In this document: positions 44,151-53,048 of the stretch, one piece after another
Position numbering within the stretch: the first letter of the stretch is position 1
Layout of the letters: the number at the start of each line of letters is the position of its first letter
Assembly: GCA_902597795.1 (NCBI GenBank)
Contig: CACJZA010000002.1
Span: 51,732-115,731, forward strand
Reading direction: 5' to 3'
Source of the DNA: an uncultured Alphaproteobacteria bacterium
GTDB lineage: Bacteria; Pseudomonadota; Alphaproteobacteria; HIMB59; GCA-002718135
Length of the DNA stretch: 64,000 nucleotides
Notes under the pieces: generated by a model
Database searches by the model: none
What the model was told of the DNA's origin: nothing
The model's input: only the letters and a program-made list of their open reading frames with translations
Position numbers and translations under genes: made by a program

Positions 44151-44432
44151 TTAAGCTGATTTATTAAGAATAGTTTTTTTAAGTTTTTTTGCTTTTAACG
44201 GTAGTTTAGAATTAGGTGTATTTATTAGAAATTCATCTAAACCACCTTTTTTTTCAACTGTTCGAATAGTACTAACAGCAACTTTCATCTGAAATTTTTG
44301 CCCTAAAGCTTCGCTAACAAAAGTTATATTCTGAAGATTTGGTTTAAAACGTCTTTTTGTTCTATTTTTAGCATGACTGACGTTGTTACCAGTTTGAAAC
44401 GATTTTCCCGTTAATTCACATCTCGCTGACAT
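44151..44432 (-). CDS. rpmB: 50S ribosomal protein L28
   Basis: MSARCELTGKSFQTGNNVSHAKNRTKRRFKPNLQ is the L28 signature. Confidence 0.93.
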   Translation of the reverse strand: MSARCELTGKSFQTGNNVSHAKNRTKRRFKPNLQNITFVSEALGQKFQMKVAVSTIRTVEKKGGLDEFLINTPNSKLPLKAKKLKKTILNKSA

Positions 44433-44475
44433 AATGAAAATCCATGTAAATATAAATATTACTTTGTCAAGTATT

Positions 44476-45312
44476 CTAAATACTAAATTTATCTATAATA
44501 TAAGTTGGCGATATTTGATGATTTTTAATTAAATTATTTATTTTATTTAAATCTTTATGGATACCAGATTTAACTAAAACACTATCTATTTCAAAATTAT
44601 TAGCTCCTTGAATATCATGAAATAATGAGTCTCCAATAGCTAATGTTCTTTTTTTTTCTAAATTAATTTTATTAGTGGTTTCAGCGTATATGCTTACATC
44701 AGGCTTACCTTTTATAATAACATTTCCACCCATTTTTTTGTATATTTCACCAATAGCACCCATACAAAAGACATTATTATTACAGTTACTATCAACAGTT
44801 TCAAAGTCAGGGTTTGCACAATACATAGTTATTTCTTTTTTATAAGCTACTTCTAATAATGGAATATAGTCAATAGGCTGTAAATTTACAAAAGGAGTAC
44901 AAGCTAATATTAAATCTGCTTCTTCTATTTTTTCTACAAAATTAAAATTTAAACCATCTCTAAAATTTAGACCATCCTCTTTTTCTTCATCATAAATATG
45001 AAAACAATTTTTTCTATTTTTATCATTAAAATAATTTTTTTTAAGTAATTGCCAAATCATTTCTCCACTTGTCACTGTATTTATAAAAGAATTTTTTTTA
45101 AAACCAAGTTTTGGCAATCTATCTATAGATGATTTTGATCTTTTTGATGAATTTGAAATTATAAACAAATTTTTATTATTATTATTAAGAATATTTATAG
45201 TATTAAAAGCATGATTATATCCAAATGCTCCATCATGCATTACTCCCCATTGATCAATTATAAAATTGTCATAATCATAAATTATTTCTTCAATGGATTT
45301 AATTTCTTTCAC
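44476..45312 (-). CDS. HAD-superfamily hydrolase, subfamily IIA (TIGR01459-like)
   Basis: FIIDQWGVMHDG motif I variant, IISNSSKR, and GDSLFHDIQGAN motif. Confidence 0.68.
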   Translation of the reverse strand: MKEIKSIEEIIYDYDNFIIDQWGVMHDGAFGYNHAFNTINILNNNNKNLFIISNSSKRSKSSIDRLPKLGFKKNSFINTVTSGEMIWQLLKKNYFNDKNRKNCFHIYDEEKEDGLNFRDGLNFNFVEKIEEADLILACTPFVNLQPIDYIPLLEVAYKKEITMYCANPDFETVDSNCNNNVFCMGAIGEIYKKMGGNVIIKGKPDVSIYAETTNKINLEKKRTLAIGDSLFHDIQGANNFEIDSVLVKSGIHKDLNKINNLIKNHQISPTYIIDKFSI

Positions 45313-45314
45313 TA

Positions 45315-46370
45315 CTATACTGATTTTCCAATAACTTCAGATACATTTTTATACCCATCAGTTTTAATAAGATCAATCAAGTCACTTTTCATTCTATTGA
45401 TTAAATTTGGACCAGAATAAACTAAAGCTGTATATAACTGAACTAAAGAAGCACCGGATTTAATTTTTTCATAGCAGTCCTTTCCACTAGAAATACCCCC
45501 TACTCCTATTAATGGTATTTGACCATTTGTTAATTCATACATTTTTTTCAAAATTTTATTTGAATTATCATATAGAGGCTTACCACTTAAACCGCCTTTT
45601 TTTCCTTTATTTACAGAAATTAAATTGCTCTCTCTTTTTATAGTACTATTTGTAAGTATTAATCCATCTATATTGTTAGCTAAGGAAATTAAAGCTATAT
45701 CTCTCAGTTGATCTTCATTTAGATCAGGTGAAATTTTTATTAATATTGGCTTTGTGTTAATATTTTTTAATTCATCTCTTTTGTCTATTATTTTTTTAAT
45801 TAATTTTTCTATCTTTCCTCTCAATTGTAGATCTCTCAACCCTTCAGTATTTGGTGAGGATATGTTTATAGTTATATAGTTTGCTAAATCACCCAACTCT
45901 TCTAAGCCGATTAGATAATCATCAATAGCTTCACTTGAATTTTTATTTTTTCCAATATTAACTCCTACAATTTTATTATTTAAGTATGATTTTTGGTGTT
46001 TAATTAAATTTTTTTTTATTTTTTTAATACCTTTATTATTAAAACCTAAACTATTGATGATGGCTTTATCATCACTTAATCTAAATACTCTAGGTTTAGA
46101 ATTACCACTTTGAGGTTGTGGAGTAATTGTTCCAACTTCAAGAAAACCAAAACCAAATGAAAACATAGAATGCATCACTTCGGCATTTTTATCAAAACCT
46201 GCGGCAAGTCCTATAGGATTTGGAAAATCTAAACCGATTAAATGTTGAGCAAGAATAGGGTCCTCGATATTTTTCTGTCTTACTTTAAAATATTTTAATA
46301 AATTAATTGTAATACTATGAGATAACTCGGGAGGTAATAATCTTAATATTTTTAAAGAACTATTGTACAA
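45315..46370 (-). CDS. pyrD: Dihydroorotate dehydrogenase (quinone), class 2
   Basis: FPNPIGLAAGFDKN, GF.EVGT.TP.PQ.GN.KPR.FRL, NISSPNT.GLR, GGLSGKPL, GVGGI. Confidence 0.92.
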   Translation of the reverse strand: MYNSSLKILRLLPPELSHSITINLLKYFKVRQKNIEDPILAQHLIGLDFPNPIGLAAGFDKNAEVMHSMFSFGFGFLEVGTITPQPQSGNSKPRVFRLSDDKAIINSLGFNNKGIKKIKKNLIKHQKSYLNNKIVGVNIGKNKNSSEAIDDYLIGLEELGDLANYITINISSPNTEGLRDLQLRGKIEKLIKKIIDKRDELKNINTKPILIKISPDLNEDQLRDIALISLANNIDGLILTNSTIKRESNLISVNKGKKGGLSGKPLYDNSNKILKKMYELTNGQIPLIGVGGISSGKDCYEKIKSGASLVQLYTALVYSGPNLINRMKSDLIDLIKTDGYKNVSEVIGKSV

Positions 46371-46374
46371 TAAA

Positions 46375-47958
46375 TTAATTATCTATTAATTTTTTTAGAT
46401 AATCAATAGTTTCTCTTAATCCAAATAATTTAAAAAATGATCCTAATCTCGGGCCCTGATCCTGACCAAGCATAACTTGATATACCAGTTTAAAAAAATC
46501 TTTTAGGTTTTCAAATTCGTGCTTTTTTCCTACTTCGTATAATAATGTTTGAATATCTTCAGATGAACTGTTTTCAGTAACCTCATTTTCTAAAACATTA
46601 ATAATATCAATAAATACTTCCTTATTACTACTATCAATTTCTAAAAATTTCTTTTTTGGAAAAATAAAATCTTCATAGTAATTTAGTGCAAAGTCTATGA
46701 GTCGATCAAATTCAGGATTGTTATCAGCGTTTATTTGATCATCATATTTATTAATAAAAGACCATATTACTTTTTTATCTTTAGAATTAGAAATATTTAC
46801 TAGATTTGTTAGGGTATTGAAATTTATTTCTGATTTGAATTTTTTAGGTTTACCTAAATGAATATGCCAAATAGGATTATCATACTGTTTATTTTTATCT
46901 AAACCTGAGTATGAATTATAATGAGAAAGGTAGTCATCAACAGTTTTGGGAATTACATCAAAGTGAAGTTTCTTTGCTGATTTTGGTTTTTGAAACATGT
47001 AGAGTGCAAGACTCTCAGGAGAAGCATAACGTAGCCACTCATCTACACTAATACCATTTCCAACTGACTTAGAAATTTTTTCACCTTTTTCATCTAAAAA
47101 CATTTCATAAATTAGATTGGTGGGTGGTTTTTTATTTAATGCTTTACAAATCCTGGATCCTAAATCAACACTTTCTGTTAGATCTTTCCCGCACATTTCA
47201 TAATCAACATCAAACGACATCCATCTCATTGCCCAATCGACTTTCCACTGTAACTTACATTTTCCATTAATTACTTCTGTTTCAACTAACTTGTCCAAAG
47301 ATGGATCTCTGAAAATAATTGTTTTTGAATCCATTTTATATTCTTCGATTTTTACCTGAAGTACTTGACCTGAATTTTCACTTATTGGGAGAAATGGACT
47401 ATAAGTCTCTTTTCTCTCTGCTCTTAGGGTAGGTAAAATAATATCTAATATTTTTGAATAATTTTCAAATATACTCAATATTGTTTCATTAAAATCTCCG
47501 TTTTGATATTTTTCTGTTGAGCTAACAAACTCATAATCGAAATTAAATTCATCTAAAAAACTTCTAAGTTTTGCATTATTATGATGTCCAAAACTTTCAA
47601 ATTTTCCAAATGGATCTGGAATAGAAGTAAGTGGCTTACCTATAAATTTTTCTAACATTTCTTTATTTGGAACATTTTCAGGAACTTTTCTTAATCCATC
47701 CATATCATCAGAAAATGTAATCAGTTTTGTTGGGCAATCAATAATGGAGCTAAATGCATTTTTTACCATTGATGTTCTTACAACTTCACCAAAAGTTCCA
47801 ATATGAGGTAAACCAGAGGGACCATAACCAGTTTCTAGTAAAACATATCCCTTAGCTGGAATTTTAAATTTTTTTAAACCACCATTTTTTTTAATAATTT
47901 GTAATGCCTCTTTAAAAGGCCAAGCTTTTAAGGATTGTGCTAATTCTTGATCAATCAT
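46375..47958 (-). CDS. lysK: Lysine--tRNA ligase, class I
   Basis: HIGH-type motif GLPHIGTFGE and KMSKS-type motif KISKSVGNG. The 527-aa length and WPF...A N-terminus fit class I LysRS. Confidence 0.9.
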   Translation of the reverse strand: MIDQELAQSLKAWPFKEALQIIKKNGGLKKFKIPAKGYVLLETGYGPSGLPHIGTFGEVVRTSMVKNAFSSIIDCPTKLITFSDDMDGLRKVPENVPNKEMLEKFIGKPLTSIPDPFGKFESFGHHNNAKLRSFLDEFNFDYEFVSSTEKYQNGDFNETILSIFENYSKILDIILPTLRAERKETYSPFLPISENSGQVLQVKIEEYKMDSKTIIFRDPSLDKLVETEVINGKCKLQWKVDWAMRWMSFDVDYEMCGKDLTESVDLGSRICKALNKKPPTNLIYEMFLDEKGEKISKSVGNGISVDEWLRYASPESLALYMFQKPKSAKKLHFDVIPKTVDDYLSHYNSYSGLDKNKQYDNPIWHIHLGKPKKFKSEINFNTLTNLVNISNSKDKKVIWSFINKYDDQINADNNPEFDRLIDFALNYYEDFIFPKKKFLEIDSSNKEVFIDIINVLENEVTENSSSEDIQTLLYEVGKKHEFENLKDFFKLVYQVMLGQDQGPRLGSFFKLFGLRETIDYLKKLIDN

Positions 47959-47959
47959 T

Positions 47960-48412
47960 TTATTTTGCTCTAATTCTTATTTTTTTACCCAATAACAACT
48001 TTAATGAATTTGTGAAATTAAAAATTTCAGATCCTAATTTATTAAATAATTCATTTTCTAAATCAATAATATTATCAATTATATTATTAATTAAATTATT
48101 CCCTGCTGAAGTAAGAATTAAACTATCAGATCTTTTATCTTGTGGTTGTTGTTTTGATATTAACTTCTTTTCTTCTAGTTTAGAAACACGTAAACTAACA
48201 ACTGATCTATCAATAGATGCATTTTTGCATATCTCCTGTTGAGTAATATTTATGTTTTCTTGCTGTAATAAATAAATTGTCTCGAGAATAAGATATTCAT
48301 TTAATGTGATTTCACTCTCTTTTAATTTATTCCTTACTTTAGATTGCCATAAGTTTGATGTTTGCCATATTAATAATGCTAATCTATTCTCATTAAGAGA
48401 AGTGTCTGCCAT
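47960..48412 (-). CDS. MarR-family transcriptional regulator
   Basis: 150 aa with a winged-HTH region (ITQQEICKNASIDRSVVSLRVSKLEEKKLISKQQPQDKRS). One-nt gap to lysK. Confidence 0.72.
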   Translation of the reverse strand: MADTSLNENRLALLIWQTSNLWQSKVRNKLKESEITLNEYLILETIYLLQQENINITQQEICKNASIDRSVVSLRVSKLEEKKLISKQQPQDKRSDSLILTSAGNNLINNIIDNIIDLENELFNKLGSEIFNFTNSLKLLLGKKIRIRAK

Positions 48413-48460
48413 AGTTTTTATACAAACTGTTTGTATACAAATTAATAACTTATGTCAATA

Positions 48461-48772
48461 CTATTCTGGTGCTATTTCTATCTTTAAGCCGTCAAGTTCT
48501 TCAGAAAGATCAATTTGACAGGATAATCTTGAATTATTTTTAACATCAAAAGCTTGATCGAGCATAGATTCTTCATCATCCTCCATATTTTTCAGCTTAT
48601 TTATCCATTTTTCATCAATATAAACATGACATGTAGCGCAAGCACAGCATCCTCCGCACGAAGCCTCAATATCGTAGCCATTGTCTCTAAGGGTTTCCAT
48701 TAATGTAAAATTACTATCATATTCAATTTCAGACTTTTTACCTGATCTATCTGTGATTATTAACTTCGGCAT
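48461..48772 (-). CDS. 2Fe-2S ferredoxin (adrenodoxin/putidaredoxin type)
   Basis: Cluster ligands in ASCGGCCACATCHV and a distal LSCQI. Confidence 0.87.
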   Translation of the reverse strand: MPKLIITDRSGKKSEIEYDSNFTLMETLRDNGYDIEASCGGCCACATCHVYIDEKWINKLKNMEDDEESMLDQAFDVKNNSRLSCQIDLSEELDGLKIEIAPE

Positions 48773-49782
48773 TAAACGCCTAGTTTTTTTTGAAGTTCTT
48801 TGGAAGATGTTGTGTATCTAAAAATATTTTTCTTATCAGGAAAGCAATACTTAAATACTTCTTGAGCCATTAAGGCAGATTCATGAAATCCTGATAGAAT
48901 AAGCTTAAGTTTTCCTGGGTACCAATTTATGTCACCTATCGCAAAAATTGAAGGTGTAGAAGTTTGAAATTTTTCAGTGTCCACTTTAATTAAGTTCTCG
49001 TGTAAGTTTAGACCCCATTCCGCAATTGGACCTAGTTCCATTTTTAAACCAAAAAATGGTAAAAGATAATCTACTTCAATATTTGATTTTTCATCATCAT
49101 TTTCGTATTCTAGCATTATTCTACTATCTTGAATTTTAGAAATCTTTTTTATTTGACCTTTTAAAAATTTAATTTTTCCTTTTGTTTCTAATTCTTGCAT
49201 TTTTGAAACGGAGTCAGGTGCTGCTCTAAACTCTTTTCTTCTATGTATTAGAGTTACATTGGAATCCTTAGATAGTTCATTTGTCCAATCCAAAGCAGAG
49301 TCTCCTCCTCCTGCAATTAAGATTTTTTTATTCTTAAATATTGATTTGTCTCGAATTGCGTAAAAAACATTTTTGTTTTCGAAATTCTCAATATTCTCAA
49401 TTGGAGGTTTTCGCGGCACAAAACTTCCTGCCCCTGCTGCCACTACTATACATTTTGCTTCAACTTTTGTTCCAATATTAGTTTCTACAATCCAACCATA
49501 TTCTGTTTTAGCAATTTTCTCGACTTGTTGGTTGAGATGAAATTTAGGTTTAAAAGGGTTAATCTGTTTAATTAACTCGTCAGTTAATTCTTGTCCTGTT
49601 ACAACTGGTCTTGAGGGAATATCATAAATTGGTTTTTCTGGATACAATTCCGCGCACTGACCTCCAACCTTATCTAAATTATCAACTAAATGACATTTTA
49701 TATTTAAAAGGCCTAATTCAAATACAGCAAATAAGCCTACCGGACCAGCTCCTATAATTACTACATCAGTTTTTTCTGTCAT
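48772..49782 (-). CDS. Ferredoxin--NADP(+) reductase, thioredoxin-reductase-like type
   Basis: VVIIGAGPVGLFA FAD motif, GGQ...YPEK.IYD and GGGDSALDW NADP motif. No CxxC redox pair. The stop overlaps the ferredoxin ATG as TAATG. Confidence 0.83.
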   Translation of the reverse strand: MTEKTDVVIIGAGPVGLFAVFELGLLNIKCHLVDNLDKVGGQCAELYPEKPIYDIPSRPVVTGQELTDELIKQINPFKPKFHLNQQVEKIAKTEYGWIVETNIGTKVEAKCIVVAAGAGSFVPRKPPIENIENFENKNVFYAIRDKSIFKNKKILIAGGGDSALDWTNELSKDSNVTLIHRRKEFRAAPDSVSKMQELETKGKIKFLKGQIKKISKIQDSRIMLEYENDDEKSNIEVDYLLPFFGLKMELGPIAEWGLNLHENLIKVDTEKFQTSTPSIFAIGDINWYPGKLKLILSGFHESALMAQEVFKYCFPDKKNIFRYTTSSKELQKKLGV

Positions 49783-49835
49783 ATGTGAAAAATAACAACT
49801 TTTTTTATTATTTCTAGGGATTATATATAATCTAA

Positions 49836-50891
49836 ATGAATTACGCTAATACCTCAAAATATTATAATCCTGCGATTTATATATGGCTATTAACAATAAC
49901 CGCAATGGTTTTATTAATTATAGTAATAGGAGGTCTCACAAGATTAACAGACTCTGGACTTTCTATGACTGACTGGCGTCCAATTTTAGGTGTAATTCCT
50001 CCACTGAGTTTAGAAAGTTGGTTGGTTGTATTCGAAATGTATAAACAAACACCAGAATATAAAATAGTTAACAAAAATATGACGTTAAATGAGTTTAAAT
50101 ATATTTTTTGGTGGGAGTGGTTTCATAGAATATTTGCAAGAGCCATAGGAGTTGTCTTTTTAATACCATTAATTTATTTTAGTTTTAAAAAGCAAATTCA
50201 ATCATCACTGTATATAAGGCTTGGTATTGTCTTTGTGTTTGGTTTGTTTCAAGCAGTTATTGGATGGTGGATGGTAAAGAGTGGTTTGACTGAAAATCCT
50301 TACGTAAGCCCTTACAGACTTACTTTTCATCTTTTAAATGCTCTTATAATTTTCTCTATACTATTATGGATAGCAATGGATTATAGGTATTCTTCTAATA
50401 TAAGTTTTTTATCTAATCCAAAGACAATTGAATTTTATATTTTAGTTGCTGTAATCTTAATATTTATCACAATTGCAACAGGTGGATTTATGGCAGGAAC
50501 AAACTCTGGACAATCTTTTAACACTTTTCCACTAATGAATGGAAAAATTATACCTGATGATTACGTTATTGATGATTTAGGTATTTATAATATTTTTGAA
50601 AATACAGTTGCAATAAATTTTAACCACCGTTGGTTATCAATATTTGTTTTTTTTTATATCCTTTTTGTTTTTTTTAAATTTATTAAATTTGATAATAAAA
50701 ATATATCTAGTACTCTTGTATATTTAGTTTTATTCTTTCTAACGTTACAAGTAATATTAGGTATTATAACTCTTTTAAGTAATGTTTACTTACCTGTCGC
50801 AAGTTTACATCAAACTAATTCAATTTTGTTATTATCAACTTTATTAATTAGTTATCATCAAATTAAAATTAGAAAGGTTAAAAATGTCTAA
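49836..50891 (+). CDS. ctaA: Heme A synthase (COX15/CtaA)
   Basis: GGLTRLTDSGLSMTDWRP..G..PP....W...F..Y...PEY and FK.IFWWEWFHR follow the COX15 pattern. Multiple TM segments. Confidence 0.85.
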   Translation: MNYANTSKYYNPAIYIWLLTITAMVLLIIVIGGLTRLTDSGLSMTDWRPILGVIPPLSLESWLVVFEMYKQTPEYKIVNKNMTLNEFKYIFWWEWFHRIFARAIGVVFLIPLIYFSFKKQIQSSLYIRLGIVFVFGLFQAVIGWWMVKSGLTENPYVSPYRLTFHLLNALIIFSILLWIAMDYRYSSNISFLSNPKTIEFYILVAVILIFITIATGGFMAGTNSGQSFNTFPLMNGKIIPDDYVIDDLGIYNIFENTVAINFNHRWLSIFVFFYILFVFFKFIKFDNKNISSTLVYLVLFFLTLQVILGIITLLSNVYLPVASLHQTNSILLLSTLLISYHQIKIRKVKNV

Positions 50892-51609
50892 CAAAAATAT
50901 ATTTGTCTTTGGGGGCACGGGTTCTATTGGAAAATCATTATCAAAAAAACTGAAAAGCAATAAATATAATCCAATAATTATTTCTAGAAATGAAACAGAA
51001 TTAAAACAATTATCTGAAGAAATTGGATGTGAATACAAAGTGTGTGATGTTTTAGATTTTAATAAAGTTAAGAGTATTTCAGAAGAATACAAAGATCAAT
51101 TAAGTGGTATTGCTTTTTGTGTTGGCTCTATAAATTTAAAACCTCTTAAAATGACTAAAGATGAAGATTTTATTGATTCTTTTAAAATAAATACACTTAG
51201 TGCTATAAATGCGATTAAGTTTAATCAAGAAACTCTTGCTAAAAATAATGGCAGTATTCTTCTTTATTCAACTATTGCTGTAAAACAAGGTTTTACTAAT
51301 CACACGATAATTTCTACCGCAAAAGGTGCCATTGAAGGACTTACTTTGAGTTTAGCTGCTGAATTTGCTCCAAAAATAAAAGTAAATTGTATAGCGCCTA
51401 GTTTAACTGACGCAAAAATGACACAAAAGTTGATTAGTAATGAAACTATTAAGAAAGCAATTGAAAATATGCACCCTCTACCTAAAATTGGATCTGGTGA
51501 TGATTACTCTGATATTGGAAGTTTTCTATTAAGTGATAAAAATAGTTGGATAACTGGACAAATATTTCATATAGATGGAGGAAGATCATCATTAAGAATT
51601 AAATCGTGA
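50884..51609 (+). CDS. Short-chain dehydrogenase/reductase family protein (atypical, catalytic Tyr position not conserved)
   Basis: FGGTGSIGKSL nucleotide motif and C-terminal ITGQIFHIDGG. At the YxxxK position it reads IISTAK (Ile in place of Tyr). Overlaps ctaA by 8 nt. Confidence 0.72.
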   Translation: MSNKNIFVFGGTGSIGKSLSKKLKSNKYNPIIISRNETELKQLSEEIGCEYKVCDVLDFNKVKSISEEYKDQLSGIAFCVGSINLKPLKMTKDEDFIDSFKINTLSAINAIKFNQETLAKNNGSILLYSTIAVKQGFTNHTIISTAKGAIEGLTLSLAAEFAPKIKVNCIAPSLTDAKMTQKLISNETIKKAIENMHPLPKIGSGDDYSDIGSFLLSDKNSWITGQIFHIDGGRSSLRIKS

Positions 51610-52289
51610 AATATATCTTTATAATTTGTTTATCTGTTTTTTCTTTAAGTGTTTTTAGTCAACCATTTCCAATACCAGAGGATAATGAGGTAAGTTATGA
51701 TATTATTAGAAAAAAGAAAAATATTGGAAGCTTAATATCGAAATTTGAAGAAAATGAAGATACTGTCGTTATACATTCAATCTTAAAGATAAATGTTAAA
51801 GTTTTATTTATTCCAGCATACAAATTTTTTCAAGAAACCAAAGAAACTTGGAAAAATGGTGAATTTATATCAATAGATGGATTTACAGACTTCGAAGATG
51901 ATCGAGAGTATAAAATAATTGGAAAGGATGAAGACAATTTTTTTATTGCTAGTGGTATGGATGGAGAATTAAAATTAGATAAAAATATAGTACCATTAAA
52001 TTATTGGAATATCGAAATGTTAAATGAGAAAGAAGTATTTGACACTCAAAAAGGTATTATAAGAACTATAGAAGTAAAACAACTTCAAGATGAAAAAATA
52101 AAAATCAATGAAATTGAAATATTAGCTAATAAGTATGTTTTCAATGCATCAAAAAATCCAAAAGATAAAGGTCCATTCCCTGAGTATACACTTTGGTATT
52201 TTGAAAAAGAGCTCATGAAAATGGAATTCAAAAATCCTAATGATAAAAAAAATATTATAACAATAATTCGTAATGATTGGAGTCTATAG
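51606..52289 (+). CDS. Exported hypothetical protein (beta-rich, DUF3108/DUF6134-like guess)
   Basis: The N-terminus MKYIFIICLSVFSLSVFSQ looks like a signal peptide. GTG start in a GTGA overlap with the SDR stop. Family assignment is weak. Confidence 0.5.
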   Translation: MKYIFIICLSVFSLSVFSQPFPIPEDNEVSYDIIRKKKNIGSLISKFEENEDTVVIHSILKINVKVLFIPAYKFFQETKETWKNGEFISIDGFTDFEDDREYKIIGKDEDNFFIASGMDGELKLDKNIVPLNYWNIEMLNEKEVFDTQKGIIRTIEVKQLQDEKIKINEIEILANKYVFNASKNPKDKGPFPEYTLWYFEKELMKMEFKNPNDKKNIITIIRNDWSL

Positions 52290-53048
52290 TTGCAAACTAT
52301 ATGGATTACTGGTGGATCTTCAGGTATTGGTTTTGCTACAGCAAAAGAATTTATAAATAATAATTGGCAAGTTGTAATTTCTTCAAGTAACAAAATAAAA
52401 CTTGAATCAGCAAAAAAAAAATTAGAACTAAATAATAATAAAAATTTAGTTCATGCTATCGTATGTGATATTTCTTCAAAAAATAATGTTGAAGAAACAA
52501 TTAATTCTATAGAAAAAAATATTGGTAAAATTGATATAGCATTATTAAATGCATCAGCTTATAGTCCAAACAAAAATCAAATATTTGATATTTCAAACTA
52601 CGAATTGCTAGTAGATGTAAATATCAAAGGCACTTTGTATTGTGTTAACAAATTAAAAGATGTTATGAAAAATAGAAATAATACGATTGCTATTATTTCT
52701 TCACCGTTGGGATATAGAGGTTGGCCAACAGCTGGGGCGTATGGTATTTCTAAGGCAGCTCAATTAAGCTTGAGTGAAAGCTTGTATTTTGATTTCAAAA
52801 AGTTAAACATTAATGTTAGAGTCATATGTCCAGGTTTTATTGATACCGAAGCAACCAAAAAAAATAGCTTCAAAATGCCTTTTTTAAAAAGTGCTGAATA
52901 TGCAGGAAAAAAAATATTTGATAGATTAACTAAAGGTAAAGAATTTGAAATAATTTTTCCCTATTTGATTGTATATTTTTTTAAATTTACAAGGATATTA
53001 CCTTACAAAATATATTTTTATATATGGAAAAAATTAGGGAATTTTTAG
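52290..53048 (+). CDS. Short-chain dehydrogenase/reductase (classical)
   Basis: ITGGSSGIGFA motif, NASA, canonical YGISK (YxxxK), and PGFIDT. TTG start directly after the upstream TAG. Confidence 0.8.
   Translation: MQTIWITGGSSGIGFATAKEFINNNWQVVISSSNKIKLESAKKKLELNNNKNLVHAIVCDISSKNNVEETINSIEKNIGKIDIALLNASAYSPNKNQIFDISNYELLVDVNIKGTLYCVNKLKDVMKNRNNTIAIISSPLGYRGWPTAGAYGISKAAQLSLSESLYFDFKKLNINVRVICPGFIDTEATKKNSFKMPFLKSAEYAGKKIFDRLTKGKEFEIIFPYLIVYFFKFTRILPYKIYFYIWKKLGNF

Noticed and set aside
29635-52393. Other ORFs of about 100 aa: 29635-29991(+), 36234-36536(-), 47937-48242(+) and 52085-52393(-)
   Set aside because: All are embedded antisense in, or straddle, well-supported genes (argJ, aroB, lysK/marR, exported protein/SDR). 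There are no motifs, and no room for them in the gene-tight layout.
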